From positions 320,001 to 384,000 of the forward strand of contig CBDBLV010000004.1 of the NCBI GenBank assembly GCA_965207225.1: a stretch of DNA of 64,000 bases, given 5' to 3'. The translations under genes were made by a program, and so were the position numbers. Of this stretch, positions 29,575 through 39,711 are shown piece by piece. This DNA is from Dehalococcoidia bacterium (GTDB taxonomy: Bacteria; Chloroflexota; Dehalococcoidia; Plut-88900). The notes under the pieces were generated by a model. That model ran no database searches, was not told the origin of the DNA, and saw only the letters and a list, made by a program, of their open reading frames with translations. Each line of letters begins with the position of its first letter. Within the stretch, counting starts at the first letter, position 1.

Positions 29575-30426
29575 CTACTTCGGACAAGACCATGAGCCCG
29601 AGCCTAAGTCGGGATTCCATTGACCTTGCCAATGAGGTCTCCAATCGTAGCGCTTGGGGAACTCCCGGGGCTCGATTCCCGTGTCCAGGATTTCGACGCC
29701 GACAGGCCTAAGCGTGACTTTCTCGGGGGTTGTTGCGGCAAAACTGCCATCACCCATTGGACATACGGACACTGCGACCAGCAGGTCTATCTCTGCGTAG
29801 AAGGCAACGTAGTCGCCGGGTCGGGCCCTGGTGGCGGTAATCTCCATTTTCCCTGTCTCATCGTTGATTCGGCTAGGCATACACACACAGAAGTTGTCCT
29901 GGATGTTCATTTCGGCAAGGCCGAAGGGTTCGATGGCCTGGAGGAAGTTAAGGTGACAAGAGTTAAGCCTTTTTCTTTCGGACCGCATTTCGAGGAATTC
30001 GGATGTGCAGTGAGAACCGAGCACGAGGTGGTTATGCCATCCTTCAAGGACTTCGACCGTGTCTTCGATGCAGGTGGCCATTGGCCTAAAGTATGGGACA
30101 TCGGACCAGAGCCTGGTGTTTTCCCTGATGAACCAGCCTTCAATGAGGAAGCTGTGTTCGGGCCTGAAGAACTCGCGGGGCTCGTGGAGATTCAAGAGAG
30201 CAACGTCGACCACCTGGGGCCCGGTCTCCTGAATGATGCGGAATACCTGACCCTTCTTCACTTCGAAACCCTGGCCGTTGTTAGGGGGGATGACAGATTT
30301 CTCGGTGAGGGTGTAGTCGGGCTTGGCGTTGCGAACGGCCTGGTAAAAGTCGGGGTCGAGGGCGTACTGGGGAAGCAAGGTCTTGGACGGGACTATGGTG
30401 ACTTTATCCTTCGATTCTTCAGCCAT
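29575..30426 (-). CDS. DUF1989 / urea-carboxylase-associated family protein
   Basis: GPQVVD, LWSD-x-PY-x-RPM, SC-x-x-NF and PGDYVAFYAEIDLLVAVSVCP. Confidence 0.85.
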   Translation of the reverse strand: MAEESKDKVTIVPSKTLLPQYALDPDFYQAVRNAKPDYTLTEKSVIPPNNGQGFEVKKGQVFRIIQETGPQVVDVALLNLHEPREFFRPEHSFLIEGWFIRENTRLWSDVPYFRPMATCIEDTVEVLEGWHNHLVLGSHCTSEFLEMRSERKRLNSCHLNFLQAIEPFGLAEMNIQDNFCVCMPSRINDETGKMEITATRARPGDYVAFYAEIDLLVAVSVCPMGDGSFAATTPEKVTLRPVGVEILDTGIEPREFPKRYDWRPHWQGQWNPDLGSGSWSCPK

Positions 30427-30575
30427 GTCTTATCATCCTCCTTGCCGAGGATATGTCCGGCACATTCATGAATGGCTCACTGCGCAGCGGTAAAGATAAT
30501 AGCTCCGTGGGAATCCACCTCGTCCTCGAATGTTACAATCCTGCGCAGATTAGGGAAAGTTTGGGGGTGACAATC

Positions 30576-31580
30576 GTGAAATTCAGCCTTGAACTGGGCA
30601 ACGAGCTTCCCGTAGATCGGGCCCCGGGGCCCCATGTCGACGACCTTGTCGAGCAGATTCGGGCGGTGCGGGACTTTGGTTTTCACGGCCTGCTGTTTGG
30701 TCAGCATTACCTGTCCCATCCACTGCAGACGCTTCAGCCATTTCCGCTAATTGCCCGCATGGCCGCTGAGGCGGGGGATATGTGGCTCGGGACAGGCATT
30801 TTGCTGCTGCCGCTGCTTCACCCGGTGGACGTGGCCGAGCAGGTCTCGACGCTGGACATCATCTGCAAAGGCAAGTTCTTCTTCGGCCTGGGGCTCGGGT
30901 ATGAGATCGAGGAGTTTCAGGCCTTTGGAATTGAGAGAAAGACCAGGGTCAGCCGTTTCGAGGAGTCTCTCGAGGTCGTCAGGATGCTTTGGACACAGGA
31001 CACGGTGACCTTTCACGGGCGACATTTCAACCTGGAGAACGTCAAGCCCACGCTGCGGCCCATTCAAAAGCCTCATCCTCCAATCTGGATAGCGGCAAAC
31101 AACTACCCGGCGATACGTCGGGCGGCGAGGCTGGGGGCAGTGCTCTTTGCCAGCCCCCACGCACACAACGGCACCCTAAAGGAACAGATCGCGGTTTACA
31201 AGGAAGCCGTTGCGGAGTCTTCGGCGCCGACGCCGGAGGACATAGCAGTCCTCAAAGACACCTTCGTTGCCGAGACGGACGAAGAGGCCTTTGCCGCCTG
31301 CCAGCCCTACTTTGAGAACAGGTACAAGGTCTACGAGGACCAGGGACAGGACCAGGAGCTTCCCGAAGGAGACAGGTTCAACCTGCCCTTCGAGGAGTTG
31401 GCCAGGGACAGATTCCTCATCGGAAGCCCGGAGACGGTGATCAGGGGTGTCGAGGAGATGCTGGACATCGGCTACAACCACATCATCTTCTACACGCAGC
31501 ACCCGGGCCTGCCGGGAGACCTGGCCCTGAAATGCTACAAGATGCTGGGAGAGAGGGTGCTGCCGGCGTTCAGGTCATAG
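30576..31580 (+). CDS. Luciferase-like (LLM) oxidoreductase
   Basis: GQHY, LLPLLHPVDVAEQ-x-STLD, GLGLGY and PIQKPHPPIWIA. GTG start inferred. Confidence 0.9.
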   Translation: MKFSLELGNELPVDRAPGPHVDDLVEQIRAVRDFGFHGLLFGQHYLSHPLQTLQPFPLIARMAAEAGDMWLGTGILLLPLLHPVDVAEQVSTLDIICKGKFFFGLGLGYEIEEFQAFGIERKTRVSRFEESLEVVRMLWTQDTVTFHGRHFNLENVKPTLRPIQKPHPPIWIAANNYPAIRRAARLGAVLFASPHAHNGTLKEQIAVYKEAVAESSAPTPEDIAVLKDTFVAETDEEAFAACQPYFENRYKVYEDQGQDQELPEGDRFNLPFEELARDRFLIGSPETVIRGVEEMLDIGYNHIIFYTQHPGLPGDLALKCYKMLGERVLPAFRS

Positions 31581-32240
31581 GATGGACAGGAGGCTTTTCA
31601 GGTCCGGGAATTCGTAGTCGGGGCGGGCCTCGCCCCACGGCTGTCGGCCATGGCGATTTATCCAGGCCATTTTGAAGCCGAGGCCCGTGGCCGGCACAAC
31701 GTCGTGATAGTAGCTCTGGGCGACGTGTAGGACCACGTCTTTCGATACTCCCAGGGTCTCCATCATGCGGTCCCAGTGGCCCCGGGCGGGCTTGTAAGAG
31801 CCCACGGCTTCGGCGGTGATTACCTCGTCGAACTCGACCCCTATGGTCTCAATGGACTGGCGGATAAAGTTCTCGTCGGTGTTGGAGAGGATAACTAGCT
31901 TGTAGCCGCGGTTTTTCATTTCGGTGAGGGCCTCGGTTGTGTCCGGGAACTTGGGCCAGGAGGCGAGGCTGTCGCCGAAGATACCGGCTTCTTCATCGGT
32001 TACGTTGACGCCGAAGTGGGCGAAGGTCTCCCTTACGCTCATTCGCATTACGTCTACGTACTTGCCGCCTCGGGTCTCCTGGATGACGGGTTCCAATTTC
32101 TCATATCTGCCGTGGACTTCGTAAGGGTCAAGGGAAAGGCCGCGGTTCTTGATAACAACGGCCAGGGCGGACCGCATTCCGTCCTCCCAGTCGATGAGGG
32201 TTCCATAGCAATCAAAGGTGAGGACCTGATAGTTGGGCAT
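31575..32240 (-). CDS. Haloacid dehalogenase type II (HAD family)
   Basis: Motifs FDCYGTLIDWE, LSN, GSYKP and HVAQSYYHD. Confidence 0.92.
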   Translation of the reverse strand: MPNYQVLTFDCYGTLIDWEDGMRSALAVVIKNRGLSLDPYEVHGRYEKLEPVIQETRGGKYVDVMRMSVRETFAHFGVNVTDEEAGIFGDSLASWPKFPDTTEALTEMKNRGYKLVILSNTDENFIRQSIETIGVEFDEVITAEAVGSYKPARGHWDRMMETLGVSKDVVLHVAQSYYHDVVPATGLGFKMAWINRHGRQPWGEARPDYEFPDLKSLLSIL

Positions 32241-32311
32241 GGATAGTCCTTTCACGGTCACGTCTTCTGTGTGCTGAGATTATAGGGCAACCCCTGCAAG
32301 TTCAACATCCG

Positions 32312-32340
32312 TTGACACCCGACACTGCCGATGTTCTAAT
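32312..32340 (+). promoter_or_regulatory. Putative sigma70-type promoter
   Basis: TTGACA-17 bp-TCTAAT with an extended TG; GGAGG RBS downstream. Confidence 0.5.
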
Positions 32341-32381
32341 TCCCTCATCGGTGGGCAGCTTTTGAACGGAGGTGTGAGGCC

Positions 32382-33530
32382 ATGAAAAACGGTTTTCGCG
32401 TTATAGACGGCGACGGTCACATGCAAGAGCCGATGGACATGTGGGCAAACTACACCGACCCGGCCTACATCGAGCGCATTCCCAAGGTGAGCGGCCACCT
32501 AGCTCGGGCGATATACAGCTACGACCCCTGCGAGGCGTTTCCCGAGGGCCACAAGATCATCTACGAAGACTCCGTGTTCGCCGACATGGAGGAGCGCTAC
32601 GGGGACGCCTACCGGTCGTGGTGGAGCCTCGAGACCCGGCTGGCCCACCTGGACCAGGACGGGGTGGACGTCCAAGTGTGCTTCCCAACCAACGGGAGCG
32701 TTGCCACCTCCGCTCACATCACCGACTACGGGTTGCAGGCTGCGCTGTGCCGGGCATACAACCGGTGGTGTGAAGACTTCTGCCGGCCGTCGGGGGGCCG
32801 GGTGCAGTACATAGCGCAGATAACGCTGAAGGACATCGGACTGGCGGTGGAAGAGGTGAACCGCGTTGCGCCAACACAAGAGGTGGCAGGGGTAATGCTG
32901 ATGGGGTTCGGAGATGATGGCGCAGGCCAGCACTGGTCGGACGACACCTTCGAGCCTCTCTGGAATGCGCTTAACGAGCACGACATCACGGCGGCATTCC
33001 ACGGGGGCGGGGCACAGCAGAGACTCTTCGGCGACTATACGGGGCAGTTGTATTCCGTGAGCCACGCCATCTCCTTCCCGGTCGACTGCATGCTGTCCAT
33101 CGGGGACTTGATATTCGGGGACGTATTGGAGAAATACCCGAATATGAGATGTGGTTTCTATGAGGCGAACGCAGGATGGACGCCCTTCTGGCTGGCCCGG
33201 ATGGACGACCACGGGCCCGGGCGGCAGGGGGTCTTCCTGCAGGGCCACCACATGCCCCTGACGCCCAGCGAATACTTCATGCGGCAATGCTACGTGGCCT
33301 GCGACCCCGACGAGGGCACCCTACCGTTTGCGGTGGACTGGCTGGACGGCGACAACATCGTCTTCAATACCGACTACCCCCACCCCGACGCCCCCTTCCC
33401 GGGCTCGGTGGATAAGTTCCTGGTCCAGCCGCTGAAGGACGACCACCGAAGAAAGATCCTGTGGGACAACTCCCAGGCACTGTACGGGAGCCGGCTGGCC
33501 AGCGGCGCTATCTCGGGGAACGGGCATTAA
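32382..33530 (+). CDS. Amidohydrolase family 2 protein
   Basis: Motifs IDGDGHMQEP, RAYNRW, AAFH and FNTDYPHPD. Confidence 0.92.
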   Translation: MKNGFRVIDGDGHMQEPMDMWANYTDPAYIERIPKVSGHLARAIYSYDPCEAFPEGHKIIYEDSVFADMEERYGDAYRSWWSLETRLAHLDQDGVDVQVCFPTNGSVATSAHITDYGLQAALCRAYNRWCEDFCRPSGGRVQYIAQITLKDIGLAVEEVNRVAPTQEVAGVMLMGFGDDGAGQHWSDDTFEPLWNALNEHDITAAFHGGGAQQRLFGDYTGQLYSVSHAISFPVDCMLSIGDLIFGDVLEKYPNMRCGFYEANAGWTPFWLARMDDHGPGRQGVFLQGHHMPLTPSEYFMRQCYVACDPDEGTLPFAVDWLDGDNIVFNTDYPHPDAPFPGSVDKFLVQPLKDDHRRKILWDNSQALYGSRLASGAISGNGH

Positions 33531-33601
33531 GGTTTCGGCGCGGGTGGCAGGGTGATCGGACCGGATAGTCGCAACGCTCCTTCGGAGACCCCTGGCATCC
33601 T

Positions 33602-34315
33602 ATGAAGGCGATTATTTTGGCCGGGGGCCTGGGCTCCAGGCTCAGGCCTCTGACCGACTCCACCCCCAAGCCCCTACTGCCCGTTGCGGGAAAGCCGATT
33701 ATCCAGTGGCAGATCGAGTGGCTGAAGAACGCCGGCGTCGAGGACTTCGTACTCTCTGTGGGGCACCTAGCTGAGAAGGTACAAGCTGTCATGGGAAATG
33801 GCTCGGGGCTGGGGGTGTCCATACGGTATGCCATAGAACACGAGCCCCTGGGCACGGCAGGAGCGCTGAGAAATGCCATGGAGGCGGGCTCCGTGGATGA
33901 GCCTTTCTACGCGGGCAATGGCGATGTTCTCACGGACCTAGATCCACGCAGGTGTGAGGGTTTGAGGTCGGGGCAGGGGCTGGTTGCCGCACTGGCACTG
34001 GTGCCTCTGCCTTCGCCTTACGGGATAATCGAGGCAGAGGACAACGGGCTGGTTACGGCCTTCAGGGAGAAACCCCTGCTGCCCCACTGGATAAACGCGG
34101 GCTTCTATTCTCTGTCCCGGGAGGTATTCGACTACCTGCCAGAAAAGGGGAGCCTGGAGCGAGACGTATTTCCCGTCCTGGCCAGAAATGGGTTGCTGGG
34201 AGGAGCGAGGCTTCACCCACGGTTCTGGCGTTCGGTAGACACCCACAAGGACCTTGAGGAAACGGCGGAGTTCATCGACTCTTCAGGGGAGTCGTGGTAC
34301 GCGCGTCGGGGCTAG
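33602..34315 (+). CDS. Nucleotidyltransferase (NDP-sugar pyrophosphorylase family)
   Basis: ILAGGLGSRLRPLT-x-x-x-PKPL, EPLGTAG, NGD and FREKP. Confidence 0.92.
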   Translation: MKAIILAGGLGSRLRPLTDSTPKPLLPVAGKPIIQWQIEWLKNAGVEDFVLSVGHLAEKVQAVMGNGSGLGVSIRYAIEHEPLGTAGALRNAMEAGSVDEPFYAGNGDVLTDLDPRRCEGLRSGQGLVAALALVPLPSPYGIIEAEDNGLVTAFREKPLLPHWINAGFYSLSREVFDYLPEKGSLERDVFPVLARNGLLGGARLHPRFWRSVDTHKDLEETAEFIDSSGESWYARRG

Positions 34316-35361
34316 GCCCAGGCGAGGGCGTAAACATGGGTTGCTCCATCGGGTAAGGGGCTTTCCTCCCAACTAGAACCAGAATCTTCGCTTATATAAA
34401 CTTGACCCCGATAGGACGCGCAGGCCATGCGGCTGGGGTTTGAGTGGTCGAAGGCGATGCAGAAGATGGAGCTGGGGGGCTGCACCCCCATATTGATGGG
34501 ATTCCAGTTGTCGCCACCGTCCTCGCTTTTGTACAAGCCGCCGAGGCCTCCATCGAAGCCGTTGCCTGCGCCGACCCAGATGACGTTGGGGTCTGTCGGG
34601 TCTTCCTGGATGGCGCGGGTGTAGAGTCGGCCCGTGGCGTCGAGGGGAGTCAAGGGTACGTGACCCCAATGGTTACCGCCGTCGGGGCTGCGGAAGAGTC
34701 CTGCACCGGTGATGCTGAAGACCAGGTCCGGGCTCACACTGCTGGCGAGGATGCCGTGGGTGTCGACGGCCTGGTCAGTCTGGTACATGCCGTGGCTAAG
34801 ATTTTCCCATTGTAGACCCCCGTCCATGCTCCGCATCACGCCGCCGACCTCTATGGCGCCGTATAGGATTTGGGGGTCGAAGGGGCTGGCGCCCATCATC
34901 AGTACTCTCCTGGCGGGGTTGGCGCGGGGACGCATGGTTATCTCGGGGAAGCGCATGTCGGTTATGAGTCGGGTCCAAGTCTGTCCGCCGTCGGCGCTGG
35001 AGTGGACACTGGCCTCTTCGCCACCGGCGTACATGGTTGTGGGGTCATTGGGAGCGAATAGGATGGACCAGACTGGAAGCCCGCTCTCGACACCCGAAAC
35101 CCGTGTCCAGGAGTCACCCTGGTCTTCGCTGAGGTAGGGGCCGTCCTGGGTGCCGGCGTAGATTGTGTTGAGCCGGGAGGGATGGGGGGTGAGGGCCCTG
35201 ACTTCCGGGGCGTCGGGGAGTCCTGCGGCCGCGTTTTCCCAACCTCCGTTCCCGGGGTCGAGCCTGAACAGTCCGGAGTGCATTTCGTATCCCGGGGCGG
35301 TCTCACCTGCTAAACCCACGAATAGGCACGGATTCTTGCGATCACTACCATTCATTGCCAT
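34312..35361 (-). CDS. BNR/Asp-box beta-propeller protein
   Basis: Repeated S-x-D-G-G-x-x-W Asp-boxes. Confidence 0.85.
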   Translation of the reverse strand: MAMNGSDRKNPCLFVGLAGETAPGYEMHSGLFRLDPGNGGWENAAAGLPDAPEVRALTPHPSRLNTIYAGTQDGPYLSEDQGDSWTRVSGVESGLPVWSILFAPNDPTTMYAGGEEASVHSSADGGQTWTRLITDMRFPEITMRPRANPARRVLMMGASPFDPQILYGAIEVGGVMRSMDGGLQWENLSHGMYQTDQAVDTHGILASSVSPDLVFSITGAGLFRSPDGGNHWGHVPLTPLDATGRLYTRAIQEDPTDPNVIWVGAGNGFDGGLGGLYKSEDGGDNWNPINMGVQPPSSIFCIAFDHSNPSRMACASYRGQVYISEDSGSSWEESPLPDGATHVYALAWA

Positions 35362-35407
35362 GACTACTCCTTTCCCCTGAGTTTGTATTTCCAGACAATT
35401 CGAAGAA

Positions 35408-36571
35408 CTATTTGATCACCAATTCATGGGGGACATGGGTGATAACCTCGACGCCGTCTTCATGGATTATCGACTGTTCTCCCAGAGACATGGTCAGCCT
35501 GGATTCCCGATCAACCAGGATCATGTGGGTAAAGAAGGTCATGTTAGCCTCCAGGACCATGGGGCTGTCGGCGACTATCATGGGGTGTTCCATCCAGGAA
35601 GGGGACCACGTAGCGCCCATGGTATAGCCACAGGCATTCAGAAGAGCGTGTCCGTAACCGTGCCTGGTGAAGGCGTCAGCGTGGGCCTTGAAGACCTCGC
35701 CGACTGTGTTGCCGGGCCTCAGGGCTGCTTGTACGGAGGTCAAGGCATCGAGGCAGGCCTCGTGCATGCGGCGGTGCCGATCGTCGATTTTGGGGCCGGT
35801 GAGCACGACTACCATGTTAGCGGCATGGTAGTGCCGGAACCCGCACCCGATTTCATAAGTGATCTGGTCGTTTTCGCCAATCGTGCCTCGGCCGGTTGCG
35901 TAGCGGACCAACATGGCCTTCTTCCCGGAGCCCAAGGGCCAACCGCCCGCCGGAGACTCTCCATCGGACCTGAATATAACGCTGTCCATCTCGGCGATGA
36001 TGTCGCCCTCGAAAGCACCGGGCTGGGTCAATTCGATGCCCTTGGCGAGGGAGCGGTCGATGATCTTGCCCGCCTGGCGCAGGTATTCGAGTTCCTGGGG
36101 GCTCTTGACAACCCGCATCAGCCGAATGAGGTCTGACATGTCGACCAGCTCGCAGTAGTCGCCGACAGCGGCATCCAAGTCTTGGCCCATTTTACTGGTG
36201 AGGCCGAAGGTGTCCCTCTGTACGCCAATTCTCTTGCCTTTCAGGTTGAATCGCTCCAGCACTTCCCTCACCGAGTTGAAAGGTGAATTCTCGAGGCTGT
36301 CAACCCAGAGGTGGACGTCGTCGCAAATGGAGGAGTACTCGATGCTGGGTACGTCTGCGGAGCGGGTGATGTGTGTCAGTTCGCCGTTGACGCCTATGTA
36401 CATGGCGTGAAAGATGACGAAGCCCTGGGTGTCGAGGCCGCAGAGCCAGTACATGTCCTCGATCTTGAAGAGGAGCATCCCGTCCAGGCCATTATCGGAG
36501 AGGGCGGCGCGGACTCGGGCCTGGCGGTCAGCGAATTCTTCCCTGGTGAAATGAATGTTTGGTTCCGGCAT
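35408..36571 (-). CDS. M24 (Xaa-Pro peptidase/creatinase-like) protein
   Basis: FTREEF-x-x-R, KSPQEL, RHYHAA, CGYTMG and FFTHMIL. Confidence 0.9.
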   Translation of the reverse strand: MPEPNIHFTREEFADRQARVRAALSDNGLDGMLLFKIEDMYWLCGLDTQGFVIFHAMYIGVNGELTHITRSADVPSIEYSSICDDVHLWVDSLENSPFNSVREVLERFNLKGKRIGVQRDTFGLTSKMGQDLDAAVGDYCELVDMSDLIRLMRVVKSPQELEYLRQAGKIIDRSLAKGIELTQPGAFEGDIIAEMDSVIFRSDGESPAGGWPLGSGKKAMLVRYATGRGTIGENDQITYEIGCGFRHYHAANMVVVLTGPKIDDRHRRMHEACLDALTSVQAALRPGNTVGEVFKAHADAFTRHGYGHALLNACGYTMGATWSPSWMEHPMIVADSPMVLEANMTFFTHMILVDRESRLTMSLGEQSIIHEDGVEVITHVPHELVIK

Positions 36572-36633
36572 TGTTCCTCCGAGGCGTTCGCTCCATGAAT
36601 GATAAGGAGCCCGACTAGCCTGTTAATCAGGAC

Positions 36634-37797
36634 CTAGTGAACAATCAAGTCGTGGGGGATGTGGGTAATGATCTCATTTGCTTTGTCGAGGACTATGACC
36701 TGCTCGCCAAGGGACATGGTGAGTCTCGATTCCCGGTCCACCAGGATCATGTGGGTGAAGAAGGTCATGTTGTGTTTAATTACGAAGGGGTTGTTTTTGA
36801 TTATGAGCGGCTGCTCCATCCAGGAGGGTGACCAGGTGGCTCCCATTGTGTAACCGCAGGCGTTGAGCAGTGCGTGACCGAAACCGTGTTTAGTGAATTC
36901 CCTGGCGTGGGCATCGAAGACTTCTCCGATGGTGTTGCCGGGCCGCAGGGCATCCTGAACGGCTGACAGGGCATGCAGGCAGGCCTCGTGCATCCTGCGG
37001 TGACGATCATCCACCTGGGGCCCGGTAAGCACGGCAATCATGTTGGCCGCGTGATAGTGGCGGTAACCACACCCGATTTCGTAGGTGACCTGGTCGTTCT
37101 CGCCGACCGTGTTCCGACCGGTGGCATAGCGTACAAGCATGGCCTTCTTGCCGGAGCCGACGGGCCAGTGGGCCGCGGGAGGATCGCCCCCGTTGCGCAG
37201 GATGATGCCGTACATCTCGGCCCAGATGTCGCCTTCGTAGGCCCCGGGCCAAGTCATTTCGATGGCCTTGACCATGACCTGGTCCATTATCCTTCCGGCC
37301 TGCCGCACATACTCAAGCTCCTGGGTACTCTTTACGACACGCATGAGACGAATCATATCCGAGGCGTCTACGAGCTCACAGTAATCCCCAACCGCGGCAG
37401 CCAACTCTTCACCCATCCTGCTTGAGAGGCCATAGGTGTCGCGCTGAACACCGATCCGCTTGCCCTTCAGATTGAACCGCTCCAGGACTTCGCGGACGGC
37501 ATTGAAGGGGGAGTTGTCGAGGCTGTCCACCCAGAGATGAACATCATCGCAGACCGACGAGTATTCGATGCTGGCGACGTCGGCGGAGCGGGTGATGTGA
37601 GTGAGTTCGCCGTTGACGCCGATGTACAGGGCATGGAAGATCTTCCAGCCCTGGGTGTCGAGGCCGGTTAGCCAGTACATGTCCTCTATCTTGAACAAGA
37701 GCATGCCTTCGAGGCTTTGATTCGACAACTCGGCGCGGACTCGAGACTGGCGTTCGGCGAACTCTTCCCTTGAAAAGTAGATTGTAGGTTCAGGCAT
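36634..37797 (-). CDS. M24 (Xaa-Pro peptidase/creatinase-like) protein, tandem paralog
   Basis: Same length (387 aa) as the adjacent gene, with long identical blocks. Confidence 0.9.
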   Translation of the reverse strand: MPEPTIYFSREEFAERQSRVRAELSNQSLEGMLLFKIEDMYWLTGLDTQGWKIFHALYIGVNGELTHITRSADVASIEYSSVCDDVHLWVDSLDNSPFNAVREVLERFNLKGKRIGVQRDTYGLSSRMGEELAAAVGDYCELVDASDMIRLMRVVKSTQELEYVRQAGRIMDQVMVKAIEMTWPGAYEGDIWAEMYGIILRNGGDPPAAHWPVGSGKKAMLVRYATGRNTVGENDQVTYEIGCGYRHYHAANMIAVLTGPQVDDRHRRMHEACLHALSAVQDALRPGNTIGEVFDAHAREFTKHGFGHALLNACGYTMGATWSPSWMEQPLIIKNNPFVIKHNMTFFTHMILVDRESRLTMSLGEQVIVLDKANEIITHIPHDLIVH

Positions 37798-37930
37798 GGG
37801 TCCTCCAGGAAAAACTGTTTCCCGAATGATAAGGCGTCGGGGCTGAGTGTCAATCGTTCTTTGTCACACAATGAATCCAGGCCGAAAGTATGCTAACGTG
37901 TCCCTACCAGCCACCAAAAGGAGAAATTGA

Positions 37931-38596
37931 ATGGCGAAGTCCCCAATAATCTACACCGTCCGCATGGATGTTACTGATGATGTTAGAGACCTTTTCGAAG
38001 AGTGGTCGTCGGGCAGACACATCGACGACTTGCTGGCGGCGGGATTCCTGAGCGCCCAGCGATTCCGGGCGTCAAAGGGCAAGCCGGAGTTTCTCCACCT
38101 CTACGAACTGGAGAACGTCGATCTTCTCAGCACCGACACCTACAAGGCCGTGGCGCAGAACGACCCCAACATCGGACAGGTCAGGACGGGCCTGCAGAAC
38201 CACTCGGCGTCTCTGTATGAGCAGGTTGTGTATCTCCCCTCGGATGGAAACGGGGAGCTAGTCCCGGGGGTCGGGGCACGGCACCTGATCACCGTGCAGC
38301 TGGAAGTGCAGGAGGGGAAGGAAGACGAGCTAATAGAGTGGCACCGGGCAGAGCACATACCCACGCTGCTCCAAGCCGAGGGGATGATTGCCGGCCGGCT
38401 GTGCCGCAGGACAGCCATGCATCCATCGACACCGTGCCTGGACCCGACATGGGTGTCGATTTACGAGATGTCGGGGTCGGAGACGCTGCGCGACCCCAAG
38501 GTGGGGGAGGCGAACGGGACGGAATGGGCACAGCGCATGCACGCCGTCACAACCGAGGCCCGGCTCTGCATCCTGGAGCGGATAACTCCCGCCTAG
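37931..38596 (+). CDS. Duplicated dimeric alpha-beta barrel (EthD/DUF4286-like) protein
   Basis: Two repeats of W-x3-4-HI-x-x-LL...G...R...YE. Confidence 0.7.
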   Translation: MAKSPIIYTVRMDVTDDVRDLFEEWSSGRHIDDLLAAGFLSAQRFRASKGKPEFLHLYELENVDLLSTDTYKAVAQNDPNIGQVRTGLQNHSASLYEQVVYLPSDGNGELVPGVGARHLITVQLEVQEGKEDELIEWHRAEHIPTLLQAEGMIAGRLCRRTAMHPSTPCLDPTWVSIYEMSGSETLRDPKVGEANGTEWAQRMHAVTTEARLCILERITPA

Positions 38597-39546
38597 CCAA
38601 CAACCATAATCACCCCGGCGAAAGTTACGAAGACACCGGCGAGAGTCTTTAGCGTCAGCCGCTCTCTCAGGAATATCGGGCTGGCCAGGGCAAGCCAGAG
38701 CAGGGAAGTGTTGCTGAGGGTGAACGCGACAGCCAGACCGGCGTGGTCAATGGCCAGGAGAATGAACAGGCTGCCGATACCCAAGTTCAGCACGCCATTG
38801 AAGATGGGGACTATGTAGCCTCTGATTGTCGCCTGCAATCCGTTTTCCCTGCCGGAAGCTAGTGTTGCAGAGGAGGTGGAGGGAGAATTGGCTTGGTCTC
38901 GGGGGCGGAGGAACTTTCCGACGCCGAGGAAGGATAGAAGGGTGAGGAAGAGGAAGATGGCGGGCAGTCGGGCGAAGTTCAGGATTACGGCGTCGACTTC
39001 TCGTAGGGCCACGGTCTGCATGGAAAAACCGGTAACCCAGAAGGATGCCGCAAACACTAGGAAGGCCATTCCCTTGAAACCGAGCCAGACGGACTGGGCA
39101 ATATCGGTCTCATTCCTTTGGAAGAAGCTGAGGGCGTAAACGCCTATCAGGATCAAAGCGATGCCGCCGAGGGTGAGAGCCGACAGCCTCTCCCCAAGGA
39201 TGAAAATTCCGGAAATTGTCGAGAGTATCGCCGAGACGCCTCCGGACAGCGGGATGGCTTTGTTGGCGTCGACGGACTTGAGGAAAATCAGGAAGAGGGA
39301 GAAGCCGATACCAAAGGAGACCAGGCCACCGCATATTCCCAGAACCAAGGACGGAACATGGACAATGGGCAGGTCCTGGTATCTTCCCATTGCTGCCATT
39401 AGCACGAAGGTGAACAGAGCGCCGCCGAAAGACAGCAGGGCGGCTTGCTTCAGGGGAGGGAGGCGTCGGGTGAGGGCCTTATCGATCAGCGAGCCCGCCG
39501 AGTGGCTTATAGCCGCGCCAAGGGCGAAGAGTTCTCCTACCGGCAC
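38593..39546 (-). CDS. DMT/EamA family transporter
   Basis: About 10 TM helices in two repeats ending in ILGERL and FLRERL. Confidence 0.85.
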   Translation of the reverse strand: MPVGELFALGAAISHSAGSLIDKALTRRLPPLKQAALLSFGGALFTFVLMAAMGRYQDLPIVHVPSLVLGICGGLVSFGIGFSLFLIFLKSVDANKAIPLSGGVSAILSTISGIFILGERLSALTLGGIALILIGVYALSFFQRNETDIAQSVWLGFKGMAFLVFAASFWVTGFSMQTVALREVDAVILNFARLPAIFLFLTLLSFLGVGKFLRPRDQANSPSTSSATLASGRENGLQATIRGYIVPIFNGVLNLGIGSLFILLAIDHAGLAVAFTLSNTSLLWLALASPIFLRERLTLKTLAGVFVTFAGVIMVVG

Positions 39547-39711
39547 GCTTCACCCGGACGGTGGCGGTTTTTCATGGGCGCAATCATATCACCCACGCCT
39601 GCCTTATTTAGTAAATTCCCGACACCGTTACCTGGACTGCTTGGGGATGAAGCCCTAAAGGCGCCTCTGCGTCATTCGACCGCTCCTACAATTAGGAGTA
39701 CACTTTCCGAT

